A DNA stretch of 64,000 nucleotides from Octopus sinensis (lineage: Eukaryota): the NCBI RefSeq assembly GCF_006345805.1, contig NC_043002.1, positions 40,858,001 through 40,922,000 of the forward strand, written 5' to 3'. Made by a program: the position numbers and the translations under genes. Positions 25,320-38,975 of this stretch are shown in pieces. Position 1 is the first letter of the stretch, and every line of letters begins with the position of its first letter. The notes beneath the pieces are model-generated. The model was not told where the DNA came from and made no database searches. It saw only the letters and a program-made list of their open reading frames with translations.

Positions 25320-25689
25320 ACTCACACTTATACATACATATATATACATATATATATATACATATATATGCACAAACACATACATGCATTGTGGAACTAA
25401 TTACTTTACATTTTGTTTAATTAACATAAACAAAAGAATTAATAGTTAAAACCATTTTATATATTTGCGTATATTATGTACATGGTCTGAGAGTCTAATT
25501 ACTTCATGTTTCACCTCTGTTTTGTCTGCAGATAATATTTCCTTAGAATTGTCACCTCCTCCGATACCTGGGCTTTTAAAATGTCTGCTCAGGCAGGCTT
25601 AAGCACCACTAAAAGCCAGGAAGATACCGCTTTAGTTGTTTTGGTTGTTAAAGCCAAAAGCAGATATGAAATAAGATTTGAAAATGTAC

Positions 25690-26370
25690 ATTTGTATGCG
25701 TGCACCTAAGTTTTTCTGTATGTGTATCTGTGTGTGCGTGTGTACGAGTGTGTATGTGTATGTGCGTGTATATATGTTTATACGTGTTTATGTGTGCCTG
25801 TTCATGTGTGTATATATATGTGTGTGTGTACGTATGTGTGTGCATGAGTGTGTATGCGGGTGTGTGTATATATGTGTGTGTGTACGTATGTGTGTGTATG
25901 CGTGTGTGTGTGTATATATGTGTGTATGTATATGTGTGCATGTGTATGTGTGCCTGTGCATGAATGTGTATGTGTGTGTATATGTGTGTGTATGTATATG
26001 TATGTGCCTGTGTGTGTGTTAATGTGTTATATATATATTATATATATATGTATGTAAGTGTGTGTATGTGTGTATATATATATAGATATATGTGAGTGTA
26101 TGTTTGCCTGTGTGACTATACGTGTGTGTATATGTGAGTGTGTATGTATGTATGTGTATGAGTGCATATGAGTGTGTGTGTATGTATGCATGTGTCTGTG
26201 TGATTGTGTGTATATATATGTGTGTATGTATGTGTATGAGTGTGTGTATGTGTGCACCTGTGTGTGAGTGTGTGTATATATATATGTGAGTGTGTATGTA
26301 TATTTGCATATGTGTGTGAGTGTATGTGTATATATATATGTGAGTGTATGTGTGTATATGTATTTCTGAA
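25690..26370. repeat. Compound (TG/TA)n microsatellite; other long tracts 38030-38425, 47090-47240 (ATCT)n, 47580-47690 (ATGT)n, 53945-54300, 61690-62345
   Basis: Direct reading. Confidence 0.95.
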
Positions 26371-26584
26371 TGCATTTCAAAGCAGACCATTTATAAATAC
26401 GTGGTCATATACACAAATATAACCAACGTTCCTAATGAAAATAGATAAGAAAATAACAAATGTTGAGTAATTAAGCATTAGCCGTGGTTTTATCTTTATA
26501 TAAAGAGTATAAGATTTAAAGAATTGGTGCCAAAATCTTTTTAGAACAATAACATCCTATGCAGAAGTGACTGGAAAGACCAAA

Positions 26585-27870
26585 ACTCTGATAATGTCAC
26601 ATGACATCTAAGCAGTGTTGGTAGTTATGATGCCAATTCTTGGAAACAAAGAAAGTGAGAGAAAGAATTTGGCTCAATAGTATCTCTGTTTGGCATTTCA
26701 TAGTGGTGTGTTCAAACCAAGTTAACTTTTTAACATTCAGACAACTCTATCAAATGCAATGCTTATTTATTCATTCTTGAATTAATGATGCATCGTCTTG
26801 TAGCTTCAAGATTTCAATGATATGCTTTGTTTATTTTTTTAGAATGACATTGTAGGATAGGTGTAAGAGGCTGGATCTGGCCAGTTTGTACACAAAGCAG
26901 GTAGAATATTTTAGCAGGATATGGCTGGTCTAAATCCCTAAATGATTAATGAAACTCTGATAATGCCACATGGTATCTAAGCAGTGTTGATAGTTATTTT
27001 GCCAGTTCTTTGGAACAAGAAAGATACAGAAAGAATTTGGCATAATGGTATCTTAGTTTGGCACTTCATAGTAGTGTGTTCAAACCTTGATGAAGGTCAG
27101 TCAAGTTAACCCTTTAGCATTCAAATTACTCTGTTAAATGTAATGCTTATCTGTTCACGTTGTTTTGAATTAATCATGCATTGTCTTGTAGTTTTGAAGA
27201 TTTCAATGATGTGATTGCATATTTTTTAGAATGACATTGTAGAGTTGTCATGAGAGGCTGGATCTGGTCATTTTGAATATAAAACAAGCAGAATATTTTG
27301 GCAGGATCTGGCTAGTTTAAATACTAAAGGATTAATGTCACATGATATCTAAGCAGTGTTGATAGTTATGATGCCAATTCTTTGGAACAAGAAAGATAAA
27401 GAAAGAATTTGGCATAATGGTATCTTAGTTTGGCATTTTATAGTGATGTGTTCAAACCTTGATGAAGGTCAGTCAAGTTAACTCATTAACATTCAGCTTA
27501 CTCTGTCAAATGTAATATTTATTTATTCACATTGTTTCGAATAAACTATGCATTATCTTGTAACTTGAAGATTTCAATGATGTGATTGTATATCTTTTAG
27601 AATGGCATTGCGTAGAAGGTGTGAGATGCTGGATCTGGCCAGTTTGAACATAAAATAAGCAGAATATTTTGGTAGTACATGGCTGGTCTGAACACTAAAG
27701 GATTAATGGCATTCAGACGACACATCACATATAAGTAGTGCTGATAGTTATATGATGCTAATTCTTAGGAATACTAAAGATACAGGAAGAATTTGGCACA
27801 ATGTATCTTAGTTTAGTGTTTCATAGTGGTTGTGTTGAACCTTGTTGAGGTTAGTCATCAAGTTAACCTT
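26585..27870. repeat. Tandem array, ~370-bp unit (3 full + partial), each unit = TTAA MITE family 1 + ~140 bp spacer
   Basis: Anchor CTAAGCAGTG at ~26608, 26977, 27349 and (degenerate) 27732. Confidence 0.85.
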
Positions 27871-28340
27871 TTCAATATATTTTGGGTAAATACAATTCCC
27901 TTGAATATAAATTTTAGAATAGCAGTAAATAAATGATGAGATTCTTAATTACAGAACTTTTTCTTTAAATGGTCGTAATACAGAAATGGAAAAGGTTAAA
28001 TGGCAACAACAAATGTTAACAACAAAATAAACACACGCACTTACAGCTTTCCTCCGGTATATATATATATATACTGAATGTCTCTTCTCATATAAGCAAA
28101 ATTTACATACACAATATAATATGTGTGTGTGTGTGTATATATTTATATACAGACACACACACATATATGTATATATAAAAAGCCTATCTAATCTATGATA
28201 TAAATTGGACATGGGCGATTGTTGTATTCTTTCTTGTCTTGAGGTTCACAGCCAAACGGCTGGGTGGATACATGTGAAAAATGGCACACATGTGGAGATG
28301 GGTGCATAGATTGGAATGCAGTTTGTATTTTTTTTTCTAG

Positions 28341-28417
28341 CTCCCATACTTACCGAGAAAATAGATTATAACTTTTCTAATGGAATTCCCCTGTTTGTTC
28401 CGCCATTAAAACAACTA
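28341..28417 (+). CDS. Gene 2 candidate exon (PILTEKIDYNFSNGIPLFVPPLKQL)
   Basis: (T)n-ctag acceptor, CTA|gtaaat donor, phase 1->0. Confidence 0.45.
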
Positions 28418-28959
28418 GTAAATATATAAACAGGGCAGATTTACCAATTTCACAGTAGATTGTTAAAAATGAACAACCTTAATCGATTTTTGAACTTTAT
28501 TGGGTTCTCATCAAAGATGTCTACATCAATTTATATACATCATCATCATCATCATCATTGTTTAATGTCCATCTTCTATACTAGCATGGGTTGGATGGTT
28601 TGACAAGAGCTTCAGTGTCTGTTTGGGTATGGCTTTTTTTTTTATGACTAGATGCCCTTCCTAACAGCAACCACCTTGTAGAGTGGGCTGAATGCTTTTT
28701 TGGTGGCACCAGCACAGGGAGGTCAGTTTTGGCATGGTTTTTACAAATGTCAACCACTTTACAGTGTGGACTGGGTACTTTTTACATGGCACCAGCACTG
28801 GCAGGGTCATCAAGTAACTTGCAAGACAAGGAATTTTGAGAGGGGAAGGGCATTAGAAGAGGGGATCTTGTGTCAGATGAGGAAAGGTTAGAGTGTGACA
28901 GAGAGACAGAGATGCAGAAACAGGCGTCTTGCTATAGAGAAGGTACATGGTTACTCAGC

Positions 28960-29013
<54 letters not shown>

Positions 29014-30260
29014 AAGAAAGAAAGAGAGGGTTAACAAGAAAGAGGACAGAAATAGGTGTGTGATATGTGTTCTGACCAATTACACCAACCTACCCACTCA
29101 CTACTTCCTGTTAGGTTTAAGAGCTATAATCTCAAAGTGTTTTTTTTAAACAAACAAGCATGTGTGTTTTCTGCATTAAATGGAGAAACATTGACAAATG
29201 ACAATTCTGTTAATAATAATAATAATAATAATAAAATAATAATAATGATAATAATAAAATAAATAATAATAATAATAATAAAAAAAATAATAATAATAAT
29301 AAAAGCTTATAAGTGATCACCGTGTATTGGCTAAAGAAAGTAGTTTAATATTAGGGCATATAAGCCCTTGATGGAAAAAGTGGGAGTTAGTACACATGGG
29401 ATTTGAACCCACACATATATATATGACTTTAGTCTTTTACTTGTTTCAGTCATTGGACTGTAGCCATGCCGGGGCACTTTCTTGAAGGATTTTAACTGAA
29501 TGAATTGAACCTAGTACTTATTTTTATGTTTGGTACTTGTTTTTTTAGCTGAATTGCCAAGTTACAGGGATGTAAACAAACCAACACCAACTGTCAAATG
29601 ATTGGGGAGGATATATGCAGACACAAAGACACACACATATGATGAACTTCTACACAGTTTCCATCAACTAAATTCAGTCATGAGGCATTGGTTGGCCCAG
29701 GGTTGTAACCAAAGAAACTTAACTAAGATACTGTGCAGTGGGACTGAACCCAAAACAGCATGGTTGCATAGCGAGCTTCTTAACCACACAACCATGCCTA
29801 CACACACACACACACACACATGTTGCAATGAATATTTGTGTTTGATTTGAAAAAGGAGAAAAGCGATCCAATATCTAATTCACAGATGAGGTTTTTGTTT
29901 ACTGAAACAACCTTAGAAAGTCAATAATCTAACCCTTTAGTCATTTATCTCAAAATAAATGCCGACAATGAGGCTGTTCTTTGTCTTACATTTCAAATAC
30001 ATTACATTTTGGAAATAGAATATAAAATATATAACATGTTAAATACTAACTGCACTTATTTCTCAACTCAATACGAAACATAAAGCAGTAAATCATTGGC
30101 TTTTACTTCAGCTTGGAGAGCTAGAAATAGAACTTTTAATGCATGCAGAATGAATATTTTCTTTACATCAATTTAATTGTCAATTCATCTCAAGTGACCT
30201 CCTCAAAAGGCATCAGTATCTTAGTCGTTTTATGATTGGAGCCTTTCAAACTCTTGTTGG

Positions 30261-30299
<39 letters not shown>

Positions 30300-30876
30300 C
30301 ATCATCCTTATTATTATTTTTATCATTATTATCATCATCGTCATCTTTATTATTATTATTATAATTATGTAGTGTAGCAACTATAGAACCTATTCTTTGC
30401 TATTACATTTCTGTAATAACAACGCTATAATTTTCAAGAACTTCAAGTCTCTTGTCAGTTAATTGAATAGCTATATATATTATAGCAATAGACTCAAAAA
30501 AAGATTGTGTCGATATTGTATTTATTGTACTTCAAATTTAAAATAAACATTATTCTTTATTATTCAAAGTGCTACTTTTCTCTATAAGTTAGATTTTCTC
30601 AATTGTTTAACAACTAAAAGAAAAACTGAAAACATAGAAATGAATTCTTCTTGTTTTTTACTGTGATATCTCATTTACTAAAATTGTCATAGTTGCCTTC
30701 ATCACTGCCATGACCAATGTCATATGTATTTCCAACGATGATATAGATTGGATGTGGAGCATTTTCCTCTTCCAGCTATCACCACTATCATTTTTGTTTT
30801 ATGTCTGTTTTATCACACCAGTATGGGTTAGGTGAATCTCTCTACTTGTCAGTCCTTCATTATTAGACATATACTA

Positions 30877-31093
30877 CAAAGGGGTGCTGAAAAGTTCCTG
30901 GCTTTGGGTAAAAGAAAATACAAGAGGATCAGTTAATTATGATTTTATGCAACATTTTTCCCTTCCCAGATTCACACATTTATTGCAGTGATCCTTCAGT
31001 CTTTCTAAGCCCTGTAAAAGAACTCAGAAGGTTGGGTCTTGAACCAGGCTTTCACAGTACCTTTAAAGCCAGGAACTTTTCAGCACCCCCTTA
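30877..31093. mobile_element. Tc1/mariner-type MITE (solo copy); second solo copy ~31469-31685
   Basis: TIR GGGGTGCTGAAAAGTTCCTGGC / GCCAGGAACTTTTCAGCACCCC; TA flanks. Confidence 0.85.
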
Positions 31094-31330
31094 TATATAT
31101 AAGTATATGTGTGTGTGTGTGTGTGTATGTATATATATATATCTATCTATCTATATATATATTATCATCGTTTAATGTCCGTTTTCCATGCTAGCATGGA
31201 TTGGACGGTTCGACCGGGGTCTGGGAAGCCAAGAGGCTGCACCAGGCTCCAGTCTGATCTGGTACTGTTTCTACAGCTGGATGCACTTCCTAACGCCAAC
31301 CACTCCAAGAGTGTAGTGGGTGCTTTTTAC

Positions 31331-31371
<41 letters not shown>

Positions 31372-32052
31372 AGAATGGACGTTAAACGATGATGATGATG
31401 ATGATGATATATAACGAGAAGCTTTATGAAAATAAACAAAAGACGAAATATATATATATACATACATATAAGGGAACACTGAAAAGTTCCTGGCTTTGTG
31501 TAAAAGAAAATACAGGAAGACCAGTTAATTATAATTTCATTCAACATATTCCCCTCTCCGATTCACACACTTATTGCAGCAGTCCTCCAGTTTTTCTAAG
31601 CCCTGTAAAAGAACTTGGAAGGTTGAGTCTCCAACCAGGCCTTTCACAATACCCTTAAAGCCAGGAACTTTTCAGCACTCCCTCATACAACAGAAAAACG
31701 AAAACTGGTCAAAACTTTCACAGTGTATGTTCATGTCATTTTTTGTCATGGTTTTACTGGTAGATGCCCTTCTTATTACCAACCACTTTGCAATATGAAC
31801 TAGGTGTATTTCATCATGCTACCAGGACTAGTGAAGTTATCACTAACATGAGTTAAAGAAAACAGTCCCTTGTACTCTACCGTGTCTCCATTTGTTTCTT
31901 TCTTCTTTGTTTGTATTTATTTGTTTGTATTTATAGTTTATAGTTATATTTTTTGTCAGTTAATATTCTGTTATTTAGATGATAAACTCTTGTAAATAAT
32001 TGAGATGTAAATAATTGTAAATAATTGAAATGTGTTAAACTATGAAAGATTA

Positions 32053-33420
32053 CACAACGTAACAATTTTCAAAACAAAATTTGTTTATTGTATTTTTTTT
32101 TGTTTATCAAACCATTTTTTCTGCTGATTCCAAAAATGAAATTATTTTTTGTGTATCATCAACAGTTAAAAAAATATGTCAACTTTCAATGTTATTATAT
32201 ATTCGATATTGTTATTATGTTCCGCTACTGAATGTATGTCTAATTTTCTCTTTCAGACCAATTACTAAGTTCTGCTATTTTCAGGATGGCTACTAGAGTG
32301 TGTACAAATTCTCCAGATACATTTTGCTATGTGTGTGGTTATTATATTGGGAAAAAGCAGGTATTACATAAGATCGTGAAAGGTGCCAAATTGTGGATAG
32401 CATACAGACTCTATTTCGGAATTCCCATGGGTGACCAGGACAAACCATGGGTCCCACATGTGATATGTGGAAGCTATCAATCTACTCTAGAAGGAAGGTT
32501 AAGAGGTACAGGAAGGTTAATGTCTTTTGCCAGTCCAAGAGTATGGAGAGAGCCAAAGAACCATCATGATGACTGTTACTTTTGTATGATCGATGTGACA
32601 AAATACAGAAAAGTGAAAGGAAGACAAGCTCTTCAGTATCCAGACATACCATCATCTAGAGCACCTGCCCCACATGATGAGTTTACAAGTACCACTACCA
32701 CCAGAAAATATTTCATCTGAAGAGTCAACAAGTAGCAGCAGCCAAGAAATGGAGGAAGCTTTCGTATCGAGAACGATTTCGGAGCCTCACTTTCCAAATC
32801 AGAGTGAGCTAGATGATTTAATCAGGGATCTGGGTCTTACTAAATCAGGAGCTGAACTTCTTTCACCAAGGTTGAAGGAATGGAATCTACTGGGGGAAGA
32901 CTGCAAGATATATGTGTACTGGAAATGCCTTGAAGTGAGTATCATGGTGAGAGATTTCATCAGGACATTGCAACTATGGAAAGAAGATACCAAGGACGAG
33001 GGGATACTGCTATGATGGCAGATTATATATGGTTTCTAGTCAGAAGAGATGAAGGTATACACTCCAGAAAATCTCAATCGTCAAAGCACTTCTCATCTTA
33101 AGAAAAGAGTTATCAAGGCATCTACAGTGCAGAGTTTTATTGTTTCTTTTTGTTCTAACTAATATTATACTTCCTACATACCTTTTAATATATGAAAAAG
33201 TTCTAAATGTTGTGTAATTATCCTTACAGTACTAGAATAGATTGAACCAACAAAGAGCTGTAGAGAAAAGTTACAAATATAACGAGCAAATATGAAATTA
33301 GGAATAAATAAATAACCATCAATGTTATGTCAAAATGAATGTGATTTTTGAATTTAGTGGCAAAAAATGCATATATGAACATTAAAAAATACAAATAAAC
33401 AAAACATGTGTTACATTGCG
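32053..33420 (+). mobile_element. Internally deleted Chapaev3-like (CMC superfamily) DNA transposon
   Basis: N-terminus CTNSPDTFCYVCG...GDQDKPWVPHVIC...VWREPKNHHDDCYFC; C-terminus HGERFHQDIATMERRYQG...MADYIW (stop 33099-33101); TIR CACAACGTAACA / TGTTACATTGCG; TTA TSD at 32050-52 and 33421-23. Family name recalled from motifs. Confidence 0.8.
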
Positions 33421-35249
33421 TTATCAGTCATCATCATCATCACATGCTTCTCCTGGGATGCTGTGTTACTAAGTTTGTCAAACTCCTTTACATGGAGAAC
33501 ACTTATTGTTGTTGTTGTTATCATTTTCTTTTAATTTGCATGTTTGTTACAATCACTTGCTGAGACACACCCAGCATCCTAGAGCAAGTGAAGGATAAGA
33601 GATGTTACAGCATGATTGAAAGCTTGGAGAGGGAAAGTGGCAGGGGCAGTAATGAAATATCTTCATGTAATACAACACAGGCATTTAAATTGATAGAGTT
33701 TTTCTGAGGATGTGGGCAGTATTTGTCAGCACAATCTTTTAGATTTCTCTGAAACATGGTTCTCCTCAGATGTTATCTAGTTGTCTCTGACATCCCTTTT
33801 TTTATTATACCTAGGGCACCTACAATAACAGGAACAGTTCTTGCTTTAAGATGCCACATCTTCTGTATTTCAATTTCTAGGTCCCCAAAACTGCTGGTCT
33901 TGTGCCAAAATCTGAATTATTATTATTAAGGTTGTAAGGTGGCAGAATCATTACCATGCTGGACAAAATGCTTAGCAGCATGTTTTGAGTTCAAATGCCG
34001 CTGAGGTAAACCCTGCCTTTCATCCTTATGGGGTCAATAAAATAAGTACCAGCCAAGAACTGGGGTCAATGTAATTGACTTCTTTCTCGCCTCAAAAACT
34101 GCTGGCTGTGTGCCAAAATCTGAAACCACTAGTATTATCATTAAGATGGTGAGCTAGCAAAATCGTTAGCACAGAGGACAAAATAGTTAGTGGCTTTATG
34201 CTAGCGGCAAAATAGTTCCTAGTTTATGTTCTGAGTACAAATTCCACAAGTCTTTTTTTGGGGATGTAACTGTTTTATTAACTTAGCCCTTCCTTTACAA
34301 TTGCTGGCATTGTACTAAAATTTGAAACCATTATTATAATTCTAATTATTATTATTATTAAGGCGGCGAATGTCAGAATCATTAGCATACCGAGGGAAAT
34401 GCTTAGCAGTATTTCATCCCTTATTACATTTTGAGTTCAAATTCTACCAAGGTTGACTTTGCCCCTTTCATCCTTCCAGGGTCAATAAATTAAGTACCAG
34501 TGAAACACCGGGGACCAATGTAATCAACAGTTGAAAATATGGAAATTGCAAAAAGAAATGTTGTCTATCTACCAACCTACCTACCTACCTACCGACCTAG
34601 CTATCTCTCTCTTTTACTCTTTTACTAGTTTCAGTCATTTGACTGTGGCCATGCTAAAGCACCGCCTTTAGTTGAGCAAATAAACCCCAGGACTTATTCT
34701 TTGTAAGCCTAGTACTTATTCTATCGGTCTCTTTTGCCAAACTGCTAAGTTACAGGGACCTAAACACACCAGCATCAGTTGTCAAGCAATGTTGGGGGGA
34801 CAAACACAGACACACGAACATATACGCACACACACACACATATGTATATATATATATATACACACACACATATATATGACGGGCTTCTTTCAGTTTCCGT
34901 CTACCAAATTTACTCACAAGGCTTTGGTCGGCCCAAGGCTTTAGTAGAGGATACTTGCCCAAAGTGCCTCACAGTGAGACTGAACTCGGAACTATGTGGT
35001 TGGTAAGCAAGCTACTTACCGCACAGCTATCTATCTGACAGTTTTTCTGTCTGTCTGTCTATCTATCTACTTACTTGCAAAAAAATGTGATAACATGTGA
35101 CATTATTGACTGAGGTTACCGTGGTCTTTTCCGTAGGCTTTTCTTTTCACGGATAAACCTTATCTGTTTCCTCCTTTACATTTTACATCATGACATTTCT
35201 GTAATACACGATCGCTATTGATGGTTTTTTTTTTTTACGATCTCTTTTG

Positions 35250-35830
35250 ATTGAAAACCTACCCCCACTTTGTTTTTCTCCCCAAAAAGAAAAGCTCTAC
35301 TTTGTAATTTGTCCCCTCTGTGTTCAACCCTGTGTCTCCACACCAGCCAGCTCCATCATTACACATACACATTACACCTTCAAGACTGGAGAACCAATTG
35401 GGGGCTCGCTGGATCTCTCTTGCAGTGGCCTTCTCCCCCACCATTCCAGCAAACCGCAAAATTGCACCAGCCAGCATCATCAGCAGCTCCATAGTCCGCT
35501 ACAGAGACAGCAACTCAGTCTAATAGTTTCCAACCACCAGCACAGAATACTTTGCTGCCTTCTTCGGAAGACACCCCCAATTCAACACGGTCAATTACAA
35601 ACAACACTCAAACTGGTTAGCAGGACAGGCAAACTCAGAGGGAGCCCACTCCCCCAAAACTTCAGGCATTGTGCATACAGTAGAAAATATGACAATGATC
35701 ACCATGATCACCACCACCACCACCACCAGCCATTCAAGAATTTGGACCTGGAGATCTCCATTTCCAGCAATTTCGAGGGCCACCTCCCAGTGGTGTTGGG
35801 CATCAACGAAGAGCCTACAACAAGACGACC
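35250..35830 (+). mobile_element. Possible degraded LINE endonuclease-region fragment
   Basis: GC-rich; HYTF...GSLDLS and GHLPVVL resemble APE motifs; weak. Confidence 0.3.
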
Positions 35831-37028
35831 AAAGATTTTTTTTTTTCCCCAAGGTCTGGGGTGTCCCGCCCCTAAGCCCTAGACCATCACCTAATCACCC
35901 TTACCCGGCTTGTTGCTTAACAACCACCACCACCACCACCACCACCAACAACAATAACCAACAACAACAATAACAACAGCAACAATAATATAATATTCAA
36001 TGTTCACTTTTCTATGCTTGTAGAGTAATCAATTAATAGCTAGCCATGAAATAGAATATGTTAATACATTAGACTGCATTGTTATTTTAAGAAGTAGATG
36101 TTCTTCCTGTAAGCAACTTTGTTGTCATTTTGATCAATTACATTTTACACATCACCAAGTCATAGGTCAGACTATTTTTCAGGCAATCTTTCCATAGTTT
36201 GTCAGAAGATACTACAAAATAAGCTGGAGTGATATTTGAGATGTTTAAAGTCACACCTTCACTCATAACTTCCTTTGCAGTGCCGTTTTTCTCTGTTCTT
36301 CTTTCTACTTATTCCATCAGGACCAAGAAACTCTTCACTTCTATTTTTATCAAAACCAACCTGATTTAACCCTTAGCGTTCAGGTTAATCTGTTGAATAC
36401 AAATATTTGTTCATATTGTTTTGAATTATCTTTTTGTATTTTATTTATTTCAGTCATTAGGTTGTGGCCACGCTGGAGCACTGACTTGAAGAATTTTTGT
36501 CAAAAGAATCAACACCAATACATCATCATCATCATCATCATCATCACCATCATCATCGTTTAACGTCTGTTTTCCGTGCTAGCATGGGTTGGACAGTTCA
36601 GCCAGGGTCTGGGAAGCCAGGAGGCTGCACCAGGCTCCAGTCTGATCTGGCAGTGTTTCTACAGCTGGATGCCCTTTCTAACGCCAATCACTCCGTGAGT
36701 GTAGTGAAAATATTACTGGAATGTAAACACATTACCATTGGTTGTCAAGCAAAGGTGGGGACAAACACAAGTACACATACACACATATATATATATATAT
36801 GTTCATATATACATATACATATATATACTCTTTTACTTGTTTCAGTCATTTGACTGCGGCCATGCTGGAGCACCACCTTTAGTCGAGCAAATCGACCCCA
36901 GGACTTATTCTTTGTAAGCCTGGTACTTAATCTATATGTCTCTTTTGCTGAATCGCTAAGTTACGGGGATGTAAACACACCAGCATCGGTTGTCAAATGA
37001 TGTTGAGGGGAGAAACACAGATACACAA

Positions 37029-37076
<48 letters not shown>

Positions 37077-37693
37077 GACAGGCTTCTTTCAGTTTCTGTC
37101 TACCAAATCCACTCACAAGGCTTTGGTCAGCCCAAGGCTATAGTAGAAGACACTTGCCTAAAGTGCCACGCAGTGGGACTGAACCTGGAACCATGTGGTT
37201 GGTAAGCAAGCTACTTACCACACAGCCACTCCTGCGCCTATATATATATATAAGGCAAATAAGAAAATGGAGAGTATAATCAATTGACAAACATCAGCCT
37301 GTAAACATTCATTTAGATCTATTTATTAATTGATTCCAATCATATGTATAAGTAATCAAAATAAACAAATGAAATAAGCAAATAAACAAGTAAATAAAAA
37401 TAAATACATGAATTAGAATAAATGAGTGAAAAAACTCTTACAGTTGTTTCTGTTATGGGGTTGTTTAATCTGCCAAGTTTTCCACAGTTATTTTTCCTGG
37501 TGAAATTGAAATAGGATGTAACTCACATAACCAGTGGAAATAACCCTTGTAAGTGACTTTCTTTACCATAAGATGTAATCCCATAGCTTATGGATATCAC
37601 CTTGGAATTGACGTTTTTACCATTCCTTTCTATTTCTATTATGCTATTATTTTGTTTTATTTTATCGTTTTACCTTACTTCCTCACATGTTAG

Positions 37694-37796
37694 ATACCAA
37701 ACATTATGGTCTCTCTGATGAAGCTTTGGGGCTCAATCATTGTCCAACCCCTGTTCAATGTTTGTTCAACCTTTGTACAATCCCTGTATATTACTG
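37694..37796 (+). CDS. Gene 2 candidate exon (two open frames; one extends to a stop at 37957)
   Basis: Long pyrimidine tract + ttag acceptor, TG|gtatgc donor; frame ambiguous. Confidence 0.35.
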
Positions 37797-38027
37797 GTAT
37801 GCTGTGGAAAACTGGGCAGATTAGACAACCCCATAGTATGAACAGCTGTAAGGGTCTAGTATTTTTTCACTCATTTATTCTTATTTGTTTATTTTTATTT
37901 ACTTATTCAATTGCAATACTGTCCCGCAATAATAAGCACTTGGATATAAATACATAGGTATACATCTGGTAGTATATTGGATATTTATTATCTCTTAGAT
38001 GGTTACTGTAACCTCTAACTCATACAG

Positions 38028-38060
<33 letters not shown>

Positions 38061-38148
38061 AATATATATATGTATGTGTATATATATGTATATATATGTA
38101 TATATAAATATATATATGTATATGTATATATATGTATATATATGTATA

Positions 38149-38193
<45 letters not shown>

Positions 38194-38302
38194 AGAATTC
38201 ACGAAAAAACAAAAGACTAAGACAGGTGGTGTAGAAAGCAAACAGATGTATTAATATAACACTCGGGAATTGAAAAAGTCTTTAATGTTTCGAGCCTGAG
38301 CC

Positions 38303-38424
<122 letters not shown>

Positions 38425-38439
38425 CTGCTCTAAACTCTG

Positions 38440-38975
38440 ATCACCTTATACTGTAGGATTAATAGCAGAACTTGAGGTGGTTCAGCAAAACTACATCAAA
38501 GCAACAGCTGAGCTACTGGGAGAGACTGAAAGAGTTATGAATGTACTCCCTGGAGCCAAAATGGGAGAGGTATGCAATGATATATGTGTGGAAGATACTG
38601 GAGGGGCTGGCACCAAACTATGGAATTGAGTGTTATACCAGACCTTGAATTAGATATCACTGCACTGTTCCAAAAGTCCTATTTGTCACATCTAAGGTGA
38701 GGACCAAGTACTGTAATAGCTTGGGATTCAAGGGCCCACAGCTGTTTAACCTCTTGCCAAAACAACTGAGGGATCTCCATGGAGTGGGGGTAGATATTTT
38801 CAAGAAACAACTTGACCTCTTGCTATCCAAGATCCCGAATGAACCAATATCAAGGCAGGAAACTCAAAAGAGGGCAGTGGTATCAGACTCCCTCCTTCAC
38901 CAAAAGCCAATCCCATATAATTGGCCAATTAAAAGGTGATTACACTGGTGGTGCCCCAGCCCCAAGGCTGAAACA
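38440..38975 (+). mobile_element. CR1-group LINE 3' fragment
   Basis: LSYWERLKEL*MYSLE...YVWKILEGLAPN...NSLGFKGPQLFNLLPKQLR...FKKQLDLLLSKIP. Confidence 0.8.

Noticed and set aside
25648-26422. Many 60-180 aa ORFs rich in Y/I/H/T/C/V (also 53867-54288, 61498-62386 and others)
   Set aside because: Translations of (TA)n, (TG)n and (CA)n microsatellites
24225-27870. Regularly spaced repeats as a CRISPR-like array
   Set aside because: Units are full tandem copies of MITEs with no unique spacers; eukaryotic context
30693-30831. 45-codon open candidate exon (AFITAMTNVICISNDDIDW...)
   Set aside because: The 3' half resembles a decayed family D tail, and phases do not link to neighbouring exons
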